The notes under the pieces were generated by a model. It searched no databases. It was not told where the DNA came from and worked only from the letters and a program-made list of their open reading frames with translations. A stretch of DNA of 64,000 nt from Lama guanicoe (taxonomy: Eukaryota), in the NCBI GenBank assembly GCA_013239625.1, contig MU054026.1, positions 558,001-622,000 on the forward strand, written 5' to 3'. Both the position numbers and the translations under genes were made by a program. Of the stretch, positions 51,565-64,000 are shown piece after piece. Numbering within the stretch: the stretch's first letter is position 1; every line of letters starts with the position of its first letter.

Positions 51565-52068
51565 TGTGGACTGAAATTCACACAACGTGAGAGTTGTGGG
51601 GTAAGTTTTACTGGGGGCAAAATGAGGACTATAGCCCGGGAGACAGCATCCCAGAAAGTTCTGAGGAGCTGCTCTGAAGCGGCAAGGGGAGGGCTCAGTG
51701 TTACATGTGGTTTCAGTGAAGGGGGTCCATCAGTCAAGCACATACTTAGGCAGGGGCTAGCTGTTAGTCACGAGGAGCAGCTGCCACCGTTGATGAATTT
51801 AGTGTTTTTCTAGATAGGAGGAGAAGCAAGAATTGGGGTCATAAAATCTTCTCCTGAAAAATATCTGACTATCTGAAGCCTGTTCAGCCCAGTGTTCCCA
51901 GAGCACAGAGCGCCTTCTTCCTGACCTCCATCCTGAACTCTTTTCAGGGAGTGTTGGAGGTCAGTGGCGAGAGCGGCTCGTGATTTAATCCAGGCAGAGT
52001 TAGATGGCGAGTGCCGAGGTGATCAGTCCTTACAGAGGCAGATGGCGGGTGCCAGTTTTTAGTTAACA
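51565..52068 (-). mobile_element. MER41-like cetartiodactyl ERV1 solo LTR (504 bp)
   Basis: TG...CA termini; perfect TSD CTTT (51561-51564 and 52069-52072); family text gaggactatagcccgggagacagc, tttagtgtttttcta, ctccatcctgaactc. Confidence 0.88.
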
Positions 52069-52291
52069 CTTTGAAGCCAGTAATGGGGCTCAAAGCTCTA
52101 GACTGCCCTGCTGAGATTCTAGCAGAGAAGGAAGGGAGAATGAGAGATGCCCAAAAAGTTTTGCATTCAAACCAAGATGGAAAAAATAAATGCCACAGGC
52201 TGTCAAAGAAACTCATTATTGAGTCTCCTTTGTCTAAAGTCTCACAGAATTTAAACTGTTATAATATAATTTTATTCTTTTCTCATCACCT

Positions 52292-52606
52292 TGGTGACTG
52301 AAATCAATGCATAGCCTAAAAGTTAAGAGTTATGCATCTCAAGTTAAAGAATTTAGCGCTTTTCTATTTATGTGAGGAAGCAAGCATTGGGGCTCATTGA
52401 ATTCATTCCTTTGACAAGCACCTCGCTGTCTAGGGCCAGTGTCCTGTCCTTTCTTATTCTGAGTCCCCTCAGGGTGCACCGTTATGGGAGGCTGCAGAGG
52501 CCGGGCTGCAAGCTTGTCCTCACTGTGGGGTGGCAGCAGCCACTGATGACTTGATGGCTTCAGTATTCTCTGTATACTGATATGGTTTGCAGTGTTTTTG
52601 TTCATA
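52292..52606 (-). mobile_element. Second MER41-like solo LTR with an internal deletion (315 bp)
   Basis: Perfect TSD ACCT (52288-52291 and 52607-52610); homologous to the neighbouring LTR (gactgaaat...gagagtt; tttagcgcttttcta...gcaagcattggggctcat). Confidence 0.85.
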
Positions 52607-55600
52607 ACCTTATATAGTTGCCTTGATTATACGTCCAGAATTTGTCATGTTTCCACAACCGTGTTTTAGCATCCTCTTTACCAAAAATACCATTCTCTGT
52701 TCCCCAGAACTTGTCATTTTGGACAGAGCTCATATTTTCTCACCCTTATCATCTTGCCTCCAGTTAATTCAGTTCATCTTAATGCATTTTTTTAAAACAC
52801 AACTGAATTACATCACGGTTTTAATTAAACTGCCTTTTAGGGGAACAGCAGACAGATCTGTGAATTAAGAAGCCAGAACCAGAAGAGACCTTGAAGGCTG
52901 CCAAGTTTAAAACCTCGTTTTACTTGTGAGGAAGCTGCCACTAGAAAGCTAGAGCCCTCAAAGTTTACACATATTTCCAGCTTGACAGAGCAAAGAAAGG
53001 AATCGGGTTGCTGGATCCCAGCCTGGGGCTGCTTCTGCTCCATCACTTGATCTCAGCTCTGGCTCTGACACAGACCTGCTGTGTGGCCTCTGGCAGTTCA
53101 CGCGACCTCTCTTTGCCCTGGCTTTCTTGTTTAAAAAAAAAAAATGGAACCAGTATAAACCTCACTCCTTCTATCTCAGATATACTTTGTGGATCAGAGG
53201 AGACATGTGAATTCACATTTGCACAACTGGACCTAAAAATCGAATGATAAAATTCTATCCAAAGGTGATACGTCATTCTAGTGAGACAGCCGTGGACCAA
53301 GCTTATGCGGAGTTGATTTTGGTTGAGAATAATGACATTAATAATGCAGCAAAGATGTCTGTGTATGTGTGATCCTGGGGCTAGTGAAGTAAGGAAAAAA
53401 GGCTTTAAAATTGCAATGCGTGAGCCATGTCAAAAAATGAAATACAAACCTGAACACCTCAAAACAACCTCCCAAAGACCTGAGGAATATGTAAGTTGAT
53501 TCCATTAAGAGGAAGTACAGGGACTTGTAAAATAATAGCCACTGTGTGTTAGATTAAGCATCTCTTACAGACGTAAATCAAATTCTACTCAGAATCAGCC
53601 GCATCCCCTCAAGAAATAACATGGTTCATAAGATCAAAATATAAGGTCCAATCATAGTAAAGAGAAGATGCATTCATTCATTAATTTAAAGAGTTTCGAT
53701 CTCATTTTTATTTATATTTAAGCTTTAAATTCTGGAATAATTAGTCATCACTAACATTTAATGACTGGCCTGCTAATTGTGTATCCCAGGATGGAGCTGA
53801 GGGCAGGCAACACACTAACAATTCTCTGGGATTATGACTATTACAAACTATAATTAACAATTCATAACCGTTATTTTTGGATCTTTTTTTCCTTCTTAGA
53901 GAATTAAAAAAACCCCAAAAACAGAACTATTTAGGCCTCATACAGAAATAATGAGTGGTAGTGTGTCCGGTACTTCTTCTATCAAGATGCACAGCTCCTG
54001 AGGCAAGTCTGGTTTCTTAATCATTAGGGCTCAGCCCAGAAAATGCTACTCTGGTTGACTGAACACGCAGGCTCTGTCTTCTCCTCATCAGGGTGCCATG
54101 CAGGCCTTACTCCAGGACAGTACCACCTCCCAACTGCCAGGAAGGTATCCGTCAGTTCTTATTTGGTAAAAACAAAAGACTTTAGGGTGGTACTGCAGAC
54201 TGCAAGCATGGGCAGAAATTGTCCCATGGAAAAGTTCCCAGGTGTCATGGAGGGTTGCAAAGCTTGGTGAGATCTGTCCCCTTTACAAGGCACCCTCTCT
54301 TCCCCATGTGAAGTGTGTTATGCCCTCTCATTCTCTCTCTCTCCTCTCAAATTCCTTCTTTCCAGAATGAAGCTAATAAACATCAGCAGATGTGAATCAA
54401 TAAAGCTTTTAAACTAGTGATAAAGTCTTAGTGGCAGGACGGGCTCCTCCCCTTTGGCCTTGAAGACCGGCCCGCACCCTGCCTGGGATGAGGGCAGAGT
54501 GGGCGGGAGGATGCACTTTTCTTCTAGTATGTCGTCTTTGCGGGTTAGGACCCCCCTGCACACGGAGAACCTCTCTATTAGCTCATCGTGGCTCTTCAGC
54601 CTAGTAGTTTATTTTCAGGACAATTTTTATCCTTAAAATACAGTGAAATGAAGGAGAATGCAGCATTTATTTTGAACAATTCATGGTCTTAGCTTTAACA
54701 TTTTTTTTTTATTAAAAAGAAAGTATTAGTTTTGTGGTTTTAAGTTTTTCTAGAGAAAAATCTTCCAGGTAGAAAAAGAAGTATTTCCAAGATAGGAATC
54801 TGATTAGAAATTTCCTATGCTAGCTGAAATTAAGAGTAAAGTTAAGTATATTATATAATTAATGAAGTATATACAATAGATAATGCAATGTAATAATATA
54901 TATATAAACTTTTATAGTGAAGGATATACTTTATCTGAATTCAGCACACATACATGGACTGCTGACTGTGTCCCGGGCACCTCTCTGGGACTGTGGTTAC
55001 AGCAGGGACAAAGCGTCAGCACCCTTCTCATGGTCCAGTGCGGGAGATTGGCGTCAACAAGCCAGGATAAACAAGGAAGCTCTTGGTTTTATGGGCGTGT
55101 CTGTGGGTGGGGGTGTGGGAGGGTGGGGATTAACCTAATCCAGGGTCCGAAGAAAGACTCTGGTGAAATGAGGTCTCAGCCAAGAGGTGGGCCAACATTC
55201 TCTTTCAGTTAAGCCCCCTAAACCATCAATATCACTTTTTTCAAAAGAAACAGAGGATTACAGCATGGCTAGGTTCTAGAAACACACTTCAAAGTAACGG
55301 TAGCCACTGGAGGAGGGTGAGGGTAGAAAAAAGGACTAAAAAGACATATTTGAGTCACAAAACTATTGTACTCACAAAGCCTGAAAATTAGGGCCCCGTT
55401 TTGAAATATTAGAAATTCAGAAGGAATGGTTTTCATACAATATACTTGCTCCTAGAAAAGGGGAGGTTCTTGTTGCTAGTCTCTTCTTCATGCCATAGGA
55501 TGGGGAAGGTCTGATTAATATTCCGTTGCATCACTCATGGCCATGAGCTCATGGTAGGGTCATGAGGACCCTGCAGAACTCCATACATTATAAAGAATAT

Positions 55601-56837
55601 AATGGTTGATAGAAAATGGCCAAGCTTTTTCTTTTGAGTCATGTATTACCAAAAGCCTCTCCTTTCCTGGAATTCATCTTTTTAATTCAATGAAAAAAAT
55701 AATTTCTGCCCAAATTTTCATTAACACAGCTATGCCCCTACTCCTAGGACATGCTTCACAAAACTTTCTAGAGAACCTTTTCCTTTAAGAAAATGATATG
55801 CGGTTTTATTGGGGGTGGGGCGAGGCGAGTGGTTTCTTAATGTTTTTCCCACATGTACTTGACTATCTCATGCTCTGACACTTAATTATCTGACTTTTGA
55901 AAACAGCTTTTGTTTACAGGACAGTAAAATAGTGAAAGGTTCCACTCTGATACCCGATTAGGCAAATATTTCACTTTGGTCCACTGAAGGCAGTGGGAAA
56001 TTTATTTAGTTTTCTTCTGTTATAACTTCTTTCATCCGTTTCTTGACAAGTGGTATCATTAATCTGATTTTTCTTTAAATATTGGGATGATAATACTGAC
56101 TTTTAGAAACTGTTAAACTTTTACAACACACACACAGTTGGATTTTCTTACATCCTCTAGTTTTATTCCCGTATATTCTACATTTCATCAGTTTGCTTTT
56201 TACTGCCTTCTTTCTGAGTTAAATATACAATCAGCATTGTATGGACTTAATATTCAAGATGCTGCTCCTAACAATTAATCACAATTCATTCTAAATTAGT
56301 GAATTCATTTAAATGAATTAACTGGATCATTATTTATATATAGTTGATTCCAAATTGTATTGGGAATACAGTCATAAAAGAGTTGGCCCTGATAATTTTG
56401 GCATCTCCATAACTTAGGACAAGGGATGGCCCATTTTTCTCTTTCCTCATATCACAGCCACATAATTTCTCCAATTACTAGTGCACAGAAAAATCAACAC
56501 AGTGATGAGTGGTTGACAAATAAACAAGGGAGGCTGAATTACACAGCCTGGAGACCACTGCATTTTATCATGTGGCAAGTATCTGTATTGTAAGACTAAG
56601 GGTAATGTGAAAATATGAACCCAACCCAGGACAGGAGAGATGCCAACACTCCATCTTTAAGAAAATTATATTTTCCCTTCACCTGAGCTCCCTCAGTCTC
56701 CTTGATTATGCCAACTTTTTACAGTTCCCTATGGCTCTGTATTCATAAGGTATTTACTGTAGCGTTCTTCATTTAGCCTACATGGGTTGCTCTTTATTTT
56801 CCCCCAAATAAGTTCTTTAAGAATAAATACCATTTTA

Positions 56838-57001
56838 GGGTATAGGGGTGTAGCTCAGTGGTAGCGTGCCTGGTTAGCAAGCACAAGGTCCTGGGTTCAA
56901 TCCCCTGTACCGCCATTAATATAAATAGATAAATGAACCCAATTACCAAACTGACACATTGTAAACTGACTATAACTCAATAAAAAAAAAAAAGAAAAGA
57001 A
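56838..57001 (+). mobile_element. tRNA-Ala-derived camelid SINE with an L1-derived 3' tail
   Basis: ggggtgtagctcagtggtag...ggtcctgggttcaatccc head; tail aaactgacacattgtaaactgactataactcaataaaaa; TSD aagaataaataccattt / aagaagaaatatcattt (15/17). Confidence 0.88.
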
Positions 57002-59299
57002 AAGAAGAAATATCATTTAAAAATATTTTCTTCTATATCTTACAGTCAAGCTCAGTTATGTGTAGCTGAATAATCTGAGAACCAGCATGTTGTGGCAATG
57101 CTAGAACAAGCTCTAGGGACCCCCAGCTGTGGGCATTGACTCTAGTTGCTGGATGTGAGAGCATCCAGGAGGTGCTTGAGGTGGGGCTGAAGAAGCCAAG
57201 GACAGTCCCTTTTTCCTAGTGTGGAAGTATTTCTATATCTTAGGGGGTCTTTTAACCCTAGGTATGGGAAAGGATTATTGTTGCTAGAATTCAGATGTCT
57301 CAGACTTCAGCAGCCTGTGACTGAAGTCAAGTCTCCTTCTGATGTTCAGATCATTATGACACAGTCCCCCATGCTGCAGGCCTGCAAAAGCTCAGACTTT
57401 TACCATGTCCTTCTCAAATGTCTTTGGACACATCCAGGATGGCTGAGGGGGTTGCCTGGTGCAGCTCGATACTGCCTTCAGACAGCTGAACTGTTTTCCT
57501 GTGGTCATTTCTGCCACTAGGAAACCAGTTTTGTTTGTTTTTTAAGACAGCTGCCACTTCTTCTGCACTTTTTACTTAAGGGTAGGCCAGACCTGGCCAG
57601 TAATTCCACACAGTAAGGGCAGAAGACAGCTTCTAGTGCTTATAAGACTTCATAAAAAGTTAAAGGAAACGTGGATAAACTAAAATGTGGAAAATTATAA
57701 GATTTTCCCCAAAGTCCACTAGCTGTGAACCTCCCCAGTGGACTCTCCAAAGGCTCCCTTCTCCTTATCTCTGGCTTGCATGTCTACTAGTAGCTTTTGA
57801 ATAATGTTCTTCTCAAAACCTAGAACTCAGTTCTCTAAAATCAAAGAAAGTCTTTTTCTGTTCCCTTCCAGAGCTACTATGTCTGCTTCCTTCACTGACC
57901 TCTTCTCACTCAACTGTAAGACTATTTCTAGCTTCTACAATTTCCTAAGTAAGGACTACTTAGCTCTGGGTCCCCCCACAAGTAGAATGTTACAAGTCCA
58001 CTCCAAGGTTAATCTGTGCCCAGCCCTGATAACACTTTTTAAAGCCTTTTCTCTAGCCTAAAAGAGAGAGAAGTTGAGGACTGAAGGTACCTTCTACCTT
58101 ATTATGGTGTCTTCCAATTTTCTATTGGCAAATATTGAGCAAGAGCACATGCATGCACATCTCAAGAGAGATGGCATAGGGAGTTTAAATCCTGGGAAGA
58201 GAACATAATAAGCAGATACTATGATTTATATAATGTTGTAACATTATGCCCATTTTTCAGCACCCTAATAAACAGAGCATGATATCTGACTCTGAAGTGC
58301 CTGTACTTGAATTCCTTCATGATCTTCCATTCTTCTCTAAAATAATAAGAAGGCAGTAATCTTAGATAGAAATAACTAAGACCATCCACCAGACTGGCCC
58401 CTCCTAGAAGAAATGGGCTGTTTATGCCAGTTAAAATGGCTATCTTTTCCAGCTTTTAAACCAACCCTCCAACAAAATCTAAAGATCCACTCTTTACCAG
58501 ATTTTCTTGTGACATTGACGAATTTGATGTTATTAAAGAAAGCCAGGCTTACAGAGAAATTATTAGTAGAATTTTTTTTCTCTCCCTGAGCATATGCAAG
58601 TATATGTAACATGAAACTGGGGTGTTTGCAAGATGCAGATGACCCCTTAAAGTAAAAGCGTCAAAGAGCCATGGAGGGGGTATAAGCATGATAAGGGGTA
58701 GAGGGCAGTTGTGAACAAGTGAAATCAGGCTATATGTATGTCGTCAGTGTGACAAGCCTGTGCTGTTTTACTTCTTGGGATGTATTTTGTCACATGTATC
58801 AGGACAATATTTACAGATTTTAATAGGATCTCTTAAATTTGAATTTCTTTAATTCTTTCCCTCTCTGTTGGGCATCAGGGACAGTTTTCTGTAGGCACTG
58901 GCTTTGGGGAAATGACAAATATGGTGGGAATAAGGAATCATTGGTCAGCTTTGACTTTGTAGAGCCCACAACAGAAACAATAGTCTGGAAATCGAAGCTT
59001 TTATTTGTAAGAGAAAGAATTTTTGATATTTAAAAAAAAATGTAGGTTTCAAAAAGCCATATCTTGGAGGACTAAATTACAAGTTGTTTATTTATTTGTT
59101 TTACTAACAGTCTAAATAAAGGCAAAGAGACCTGAAAACTGCATTGGTGCTTAAAGCTTCTGATGAGAAGTGACATAAAAACACTTCCTCTCACATCCCA
59201 TTGGCCAAAGTAAGTCATATGACCTTGTAAAATGTGCATAATTTTGTAGAAATATGCAAATTATAATATCTGATCATTAGGTTCTGTAGTAAGCCTGAT

Positions 59300-61034
59300 C
59301 CATAGTTCCAATGCAACCCCAATCAACAGAAAATTATTTTTCAGATTTCAGCAAACTGATTCTAAAGCCCATGTGGAGAGGCAGAAGACCCAGAAGAGCT
59401 GAGAAAATAATGAAGTAAAAGAACGAAATTGGAGAACTGACACTACTCAACTTTGAGACTTATTATAAAGCTGGAGTAATCAATGCAGTATTGTACTGGC
59501 AAAGGAAGAGACAAATCAATGGAATAGAAAAGAGAGCTCAAAAATAGGCCAACATAAATATTTGACAAAGAAGAAAAGGCAACCCAACAGAGAGAAGACA
59601 GGCTCTTCAACAAACGGACCTGGGAAAACTCAACATCCACATACGAAAAAAGGGATCTAGACACATATTCTATACTCTTCACAAAAATTAACTCAAAGTG
59701 GATTACAGACCCAAATAGGCAACAAACCCCCACAAAACCCTAGAATATAACATAGGAGAATATCTAGCTGGCCCTTCGATATGGCAATGACTTTTCAAAT
59801 ACCACGCCAAAGGCATGATCCATGAAAGAAATCATTGATAAGCTGGAACTCATTGAAATTTAAATTTTCTCCTCTGCCAAAGACACTGTCAAGAGAATAA
59901 AAAAACAAGCCACACACTGGGAGAAAATATTTGCAAAAGATGCAAACGACATATTTGTTAAAGAACTGTTATCCAGAATCTAAAAGAACTCTTAAAACTC
60001 AAAAATAAGAAAATGAACAACTTGATTAAAAATGAGCCAAAAACCTTACTAGAGATCCCAACAAGGAAGAGATACAGATTGTAAATAAGCATATGAGAAG
60101 ATGCTCCGCATCATATGTCATCAGAGAACTACAAATTAAAAGAACGAGATACCACTACACGGCTGTTAGAATGGCCCAAACTACTGACAAAATCAAATGC
60201 TGGTGAACACGTGAAGTAGAAGAAATTCTCATTCATTGCTGGTACGGATGCAAAATGGCACAGCTCCATGAGAAGACAGTTTGGCTGTTTCTTTCAAAAT
60301 TAAATATACTCTTATTATATGATCCAGCAATTGCTCTCCTAATATTTGCCCAGAGGAATTAAAAATTTATGTCTCCACAGAAATTGGTACACAGATGTTT
60401 ATAGAAGCTCTGCTCATGATTGCCAACACTTGGAAGCAACCGAGATGTCTTTCAGTAGGTGAATAGACAGTACAGGCCGTGGAATGTGATTCAGCACTAA
60501 TGAGAAATGAAAAGAAATCCATGAAAAGACATACGAGGGCGTTAAATGCATATTACTAAGTAAAAGAAGCCAATCTGAAAATACTACAGTTTTAATGATT
60601 CCAACTATATGACATTGTGGAAAAGGCAAAAAGATAGAGACAGTAAAAAGATGTGTGGTGGCCAGGAGTTGAGGCATGAAAGGATGAGTAGGCAGAACTC
60701 AAGAGATTTTGAGGGCAGTGAAATTACTCTCCGGATACATGTGAAAATACTAATGGTGGATACACGTCATTATAAATTTGTCAAACCCCGCTGAATGGTA
60801 ACATCAAGAGTGAACCCTAATGTTTAACTATGAACTTTAGGTGATAATGATATATTAACGTAGGTTCATTAGTTGTAACAAATGTACCACTCTGGTTGTG
60901 GGGAGGAGGTGTTGATAATGGGGGATGCTATGCATATATGGGAAAAGGAGATGTATGGGAAATGTCTGTATTTTGTGTTCATTGTTGCTGTGAACCTAAA
61001 ACTGCTCTGAAAAGTAAATTCTATTTTTTTAAAA
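59300..61034 (+). mobile_element. L1MC1-like element (degenerate ORF2 3' half plus 3'UTR)
   Basis: caatgcaaccccaatcaa...aaactgattctaaa...cactgggagaaaatatttgcaaa...gagataccactacac...caagagtgaaccctaatg...gaacctaaaactgctct. Confidence 0.9.
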
Positions 61035-63788
61035 TCACATTTAAATGATCCTCCATGGGGAACAGAGAGAGCATGTCCTCACTGACTGATTGCTTGATCC
61101 GCCCGCCCCCCCACCTCCACGCAGCATCCTTGTAAATCAGACCCAGCACTTCCCACATGTTCTGTGTGTCTGTCTGGACCTGGCAATGCTGACGAAGCCA
61201 CAACCTGTGAGATCCCTTCCACAGAGAAATTTCTGGCTGGAGCCACATCCAGCCAGCTTCTTTTTCTTCATTTTAGTGAAGAAGAAAACAGCTTGACAAA
61301 AAAAGGGGGGAAAAAAATCACAAAGTCAAAATGACAGGCAAGGAATGAAAGAATCAGGCCAGTAGTGATGAATGAAATGTCCTATTTTTGATTTTCCATG
61401 TAGGAAACACTTAAAATTGATTTTCAATATTTCTAGCCTCTACTGTCTATCTCCTGTGACGGGATGGATGTCCCATCTCATTCCAAGCTCCCTCCTTTTT
61501 CCCTCCCTCCTTTCTCATGTAGTTAACGCTGACTGTCTTTAAATACATTTAAATGTCCTTTAAAGCAGTCTGAAAAATAGCCTATTTGCATACTAATCCA
61601 GCAACCCCAGGAGACATCAAAACGCCTAAGGATGGCTGAGTTGAGCACTGAATGCAACACAGGCCTTTGAATCTTAGACCATGGTAAAATGTGAAGTGAC
61701 AGGTCACAGAAAAGAGAAAGCTATTTTTACCTTAGCGTTTAGAGACGGCTTTTTAGAAGAAGTGTTGCTGTGTCCCAGGGCTTCCCAGATGTTTCCTGGA
61801 ATCCTGTCACATTAGAGACCCACCCACTGGAAACAGTTCAAGAAGTCAGCCAGCACCTCTGCCCCCCTGGGACTTTCCTAACGACTGGCCCCTGTCTGAG
61901 CTGCAGTGTATATGGCTAATTCGGTGAGGACAATTAGACCAATGCCATGCGTTTAATTAATTTAATTTTCTTGTTTTTCTCTTAGAGAAAAATCATTTCC
62001 AACTCCTTCTATTTCTTAGAAATATGCATCATTGGCCCAAGGAGAACAAAGGAACACAGTGGGGATTTAGCCAAACTACAGTGTCCCCTCCCTTCTGGGA
62101 GACAATGAATCATTTAGTGTGTATGGTGGATCAAGGCTGTCTTCATATGTAACAGTTAGTTTCAGTTTAATAGCCTGGGAATAGAAAAAGAATTTGCAAC
62201 AAGATTTGGCTCCCTTCCAGCTGCTGCTGTGCAGTGATGTCCATAGTTAATGTCACTGACTGCCCGTTGCAGTTCAGTGTTCCCGTTCACTAAATGAGAT
62301 TGGTAACACTCCATCAGATTTCTCGATGGGCAATGTCAGTGGAACCACATTCTCCTTTGGGTAGGACTGGCTGGGCCATCTGCTTCAGCAGGACAGCCGA
62401 CTGTGTGTGTGCCTTCTCTTTCTTCATTATCAGGAGGTTGTTTCCTGCCTTTCTAAGTCTTCTAGGGCATGGCTTTGACCTTGCACCAACTTCTAGAGTT
62501 GACCCTACTGAGACGCTCCTCTGAAAACCCTTAGACCTTGAGAAATGGCACAGTCCATAAATTAATGTAACCTCCAATATACAGTGAGGGTAATGTGGCA
62601 TTTCTCCATGTCTGGACATCTTTGTCTGTATCATGAGTAATTTGATTCTAAACTTAGGGCACACAACCCAAAACAATGAGCCAATTTCCTCCCTTCATGG
62701 TCTATGAAACCCTGTGGCAGGAAGTCCTTGTTAGGTGCTCACCCACATTAGCCAGGAGATCTTTGCTGACTCAAGTCCGTGTTTTGTCACATTGCGTTTC
62801 TCTTGGTGAACCACCACCATTGAATCTGTGACCTGGACTTCTTGTTAAAGAGCATTATGGCCAAGACGTGTGCCTTAGGGACACGAGAAGGAAACCGAGG
62901 TTATTTCTGAGGGTTCCTCATCAATCTCTTGGCTTTATAGATGAGAAAAAAAAATCCCTGTTCTGTAGTCATAAAACTTCGGGACACAACCAGGTCAGTG
63001 ACATTTGCAATCAGCCATGAAGTGAATCAGTCAACGGCGTTTCCGATGCCTTGTCTTATTCATGGTTGAGTCAGGCTAGTGAGTCAAAGGTAAAATGGGA
63101 ATCAGGAAGTCTAGGGTCTGCTGAGTCTGTCACAAATTTCTTTGTACCTCACTTTTGTAACCTGAATGATGCATATAAGTAAAGAATCAGACAAGATGTA
63201 GGCCACTTTGGGTCTCTTGCTTACAAAGATTCAGAGAATCCTGGAGGTACTTTCTAAACATAAAGCATGATGGTGTTTGCATCTTGCCTGATTAACAAGC
63301 TCACTGCCAAAGCCTGCCTGACCTCACTGGCCCTTTGCCCTCAGCAAGTGCCCTTCTGCAAGTTTGGTATCTTCGCCTGCTCCATTGCCCTGTGGGCTTT
63401 TTGAGAAGGCACCATAGATGCTAGAAACACCAGCCCACCTTTCTCCTTCTCCCATATTTTCATTAAAGGAAACGAGAACTTTTTAAAAAAAGCCTTTATG
63501 TCGGCTCTTAGGCTATCTGTTTGAATAATCTGATAATTTATTTGATGTCTAGTTTAACCCGATTTCACTTGCTTAAACAATGTTGCGAAGGCGTGGCAAT
63601 TAAGGCATGAAAGAGTGTGACACTGGAGGATGGAGGTTAAAAGGAGAGAACAGGAGCCCTAGCTTGATCAGCTGCTCCCCCAGCTTCTACACTTGCTGGC
63701 AAGCCCCTCGCATCTCCATGGAAACACCAGATGCGGTAGCATTTTAAAAATATCTCGATCAGCTTTGCAGTGGGGTCAGTCTCTAGAG

Positions 63789-63953
63789 CTGTGCCGTCCA
63801 AACAGACAGTTACTAACCACATATGGGTACCGAAAATTACAACAGAATTAAAACCCCAGTCCCTCAGCTGCGCTGGCGACATTTCCAGCGCTCAACAGAC
63901 ACACGTGGCTAGTGGCTACAGAACTGAACAGAAAGTTCCATCGGACAGTGTTA
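63789..63953 (-). mobile_element. MER3-like hAT-Charlie MITE
   Basis: cacgtggctagtggctac core; 8-bp hAT-type TSD ctctagag / ttctagag (63781-63788 and 63954-63961). Confidence 0.8.
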
Positions 63954-64000
63954 TTCTAGAGACTGAAAATTAGGGGCTTCACTCAGATGATAAGTGCATC

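Noticed and set aside
51565..52606. The two LTRs as ends of one deleted provirus
   Set aside because: Each has its own distinct TSD, they are clearly diverged from each other, and I see no PBS or internal sequence between them.
56843..56918. tRNA-Ala gene (likewise 23782-23860 and 30575-30647)
   Set aside because: These are tRNA-like heads of SINEs with degenerate stems, SINE tails, A-rich ends and TSDs.
61731..61900. Minus-strand coding exon (cactgcag| ... AAG|gtaaaa)
   Set aside because: All three frames contain stops and the acceptor lacks a polypyrimidine tract.
1..64000. ORF-track ORFs as cellular genes, or a prokaryote-style operon, defence system or CRISPR array
   Set aside because: The sequence is mammalian and repeat-rich. 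The ORFs are short, overlap on both strands, often use non-ATG starts and lack recognisable domains apart from L1 ORF2. There is no repeat-spacer array.

Overview
This window is mammalian non-coding genomic DNA, either intronic or intergenic. It is most likely camelid (alpaca, llama or camel), based on three copies of the tRNA-Ala-derived vic-1-type SINE and cetartiodactyl-type L1 3' ends. I recognise no cellular protein-coding exon, functional RNA gene, CRISPR array or prokaryotic system. The only ORFs with recognisable homology are LINE-1 ORF2 remnants: the RT 'LFADDMI' segment at 10921-11418 (-) and the C-terminal Cys-rich segment at 29187-29562 (+). Much of the window is transposon debris: nested and truncated L1s, an orphan L1 5'UTR, several solo ERV/MaLR LTRs (three with perfect 4-bp TSDs), hAT and Tigger MITEs, and MIR/L2/L3 relics. 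There is one 94-N assembly gap. The best leads are: (i) a solo LTR with a tandemly duplicated CCAAT-octamer-TATA promoter, (ii) a SINE-head/L1-tail chimera inside one TSD, (iii) a CTCF site, CpG minisatellite and possible minus-strand terminal exon at 41.3-42.1 kb, (iv) two adjacent MER41-like LTRs, and (v) a GAS + NF-kB + octamer motif cluster at 61.6-61.9 kb. Repeat family names come from my recall of consensus sequences and need RepeatMasker/Dfam confirmation. I found no convincing novel multi-gene system.
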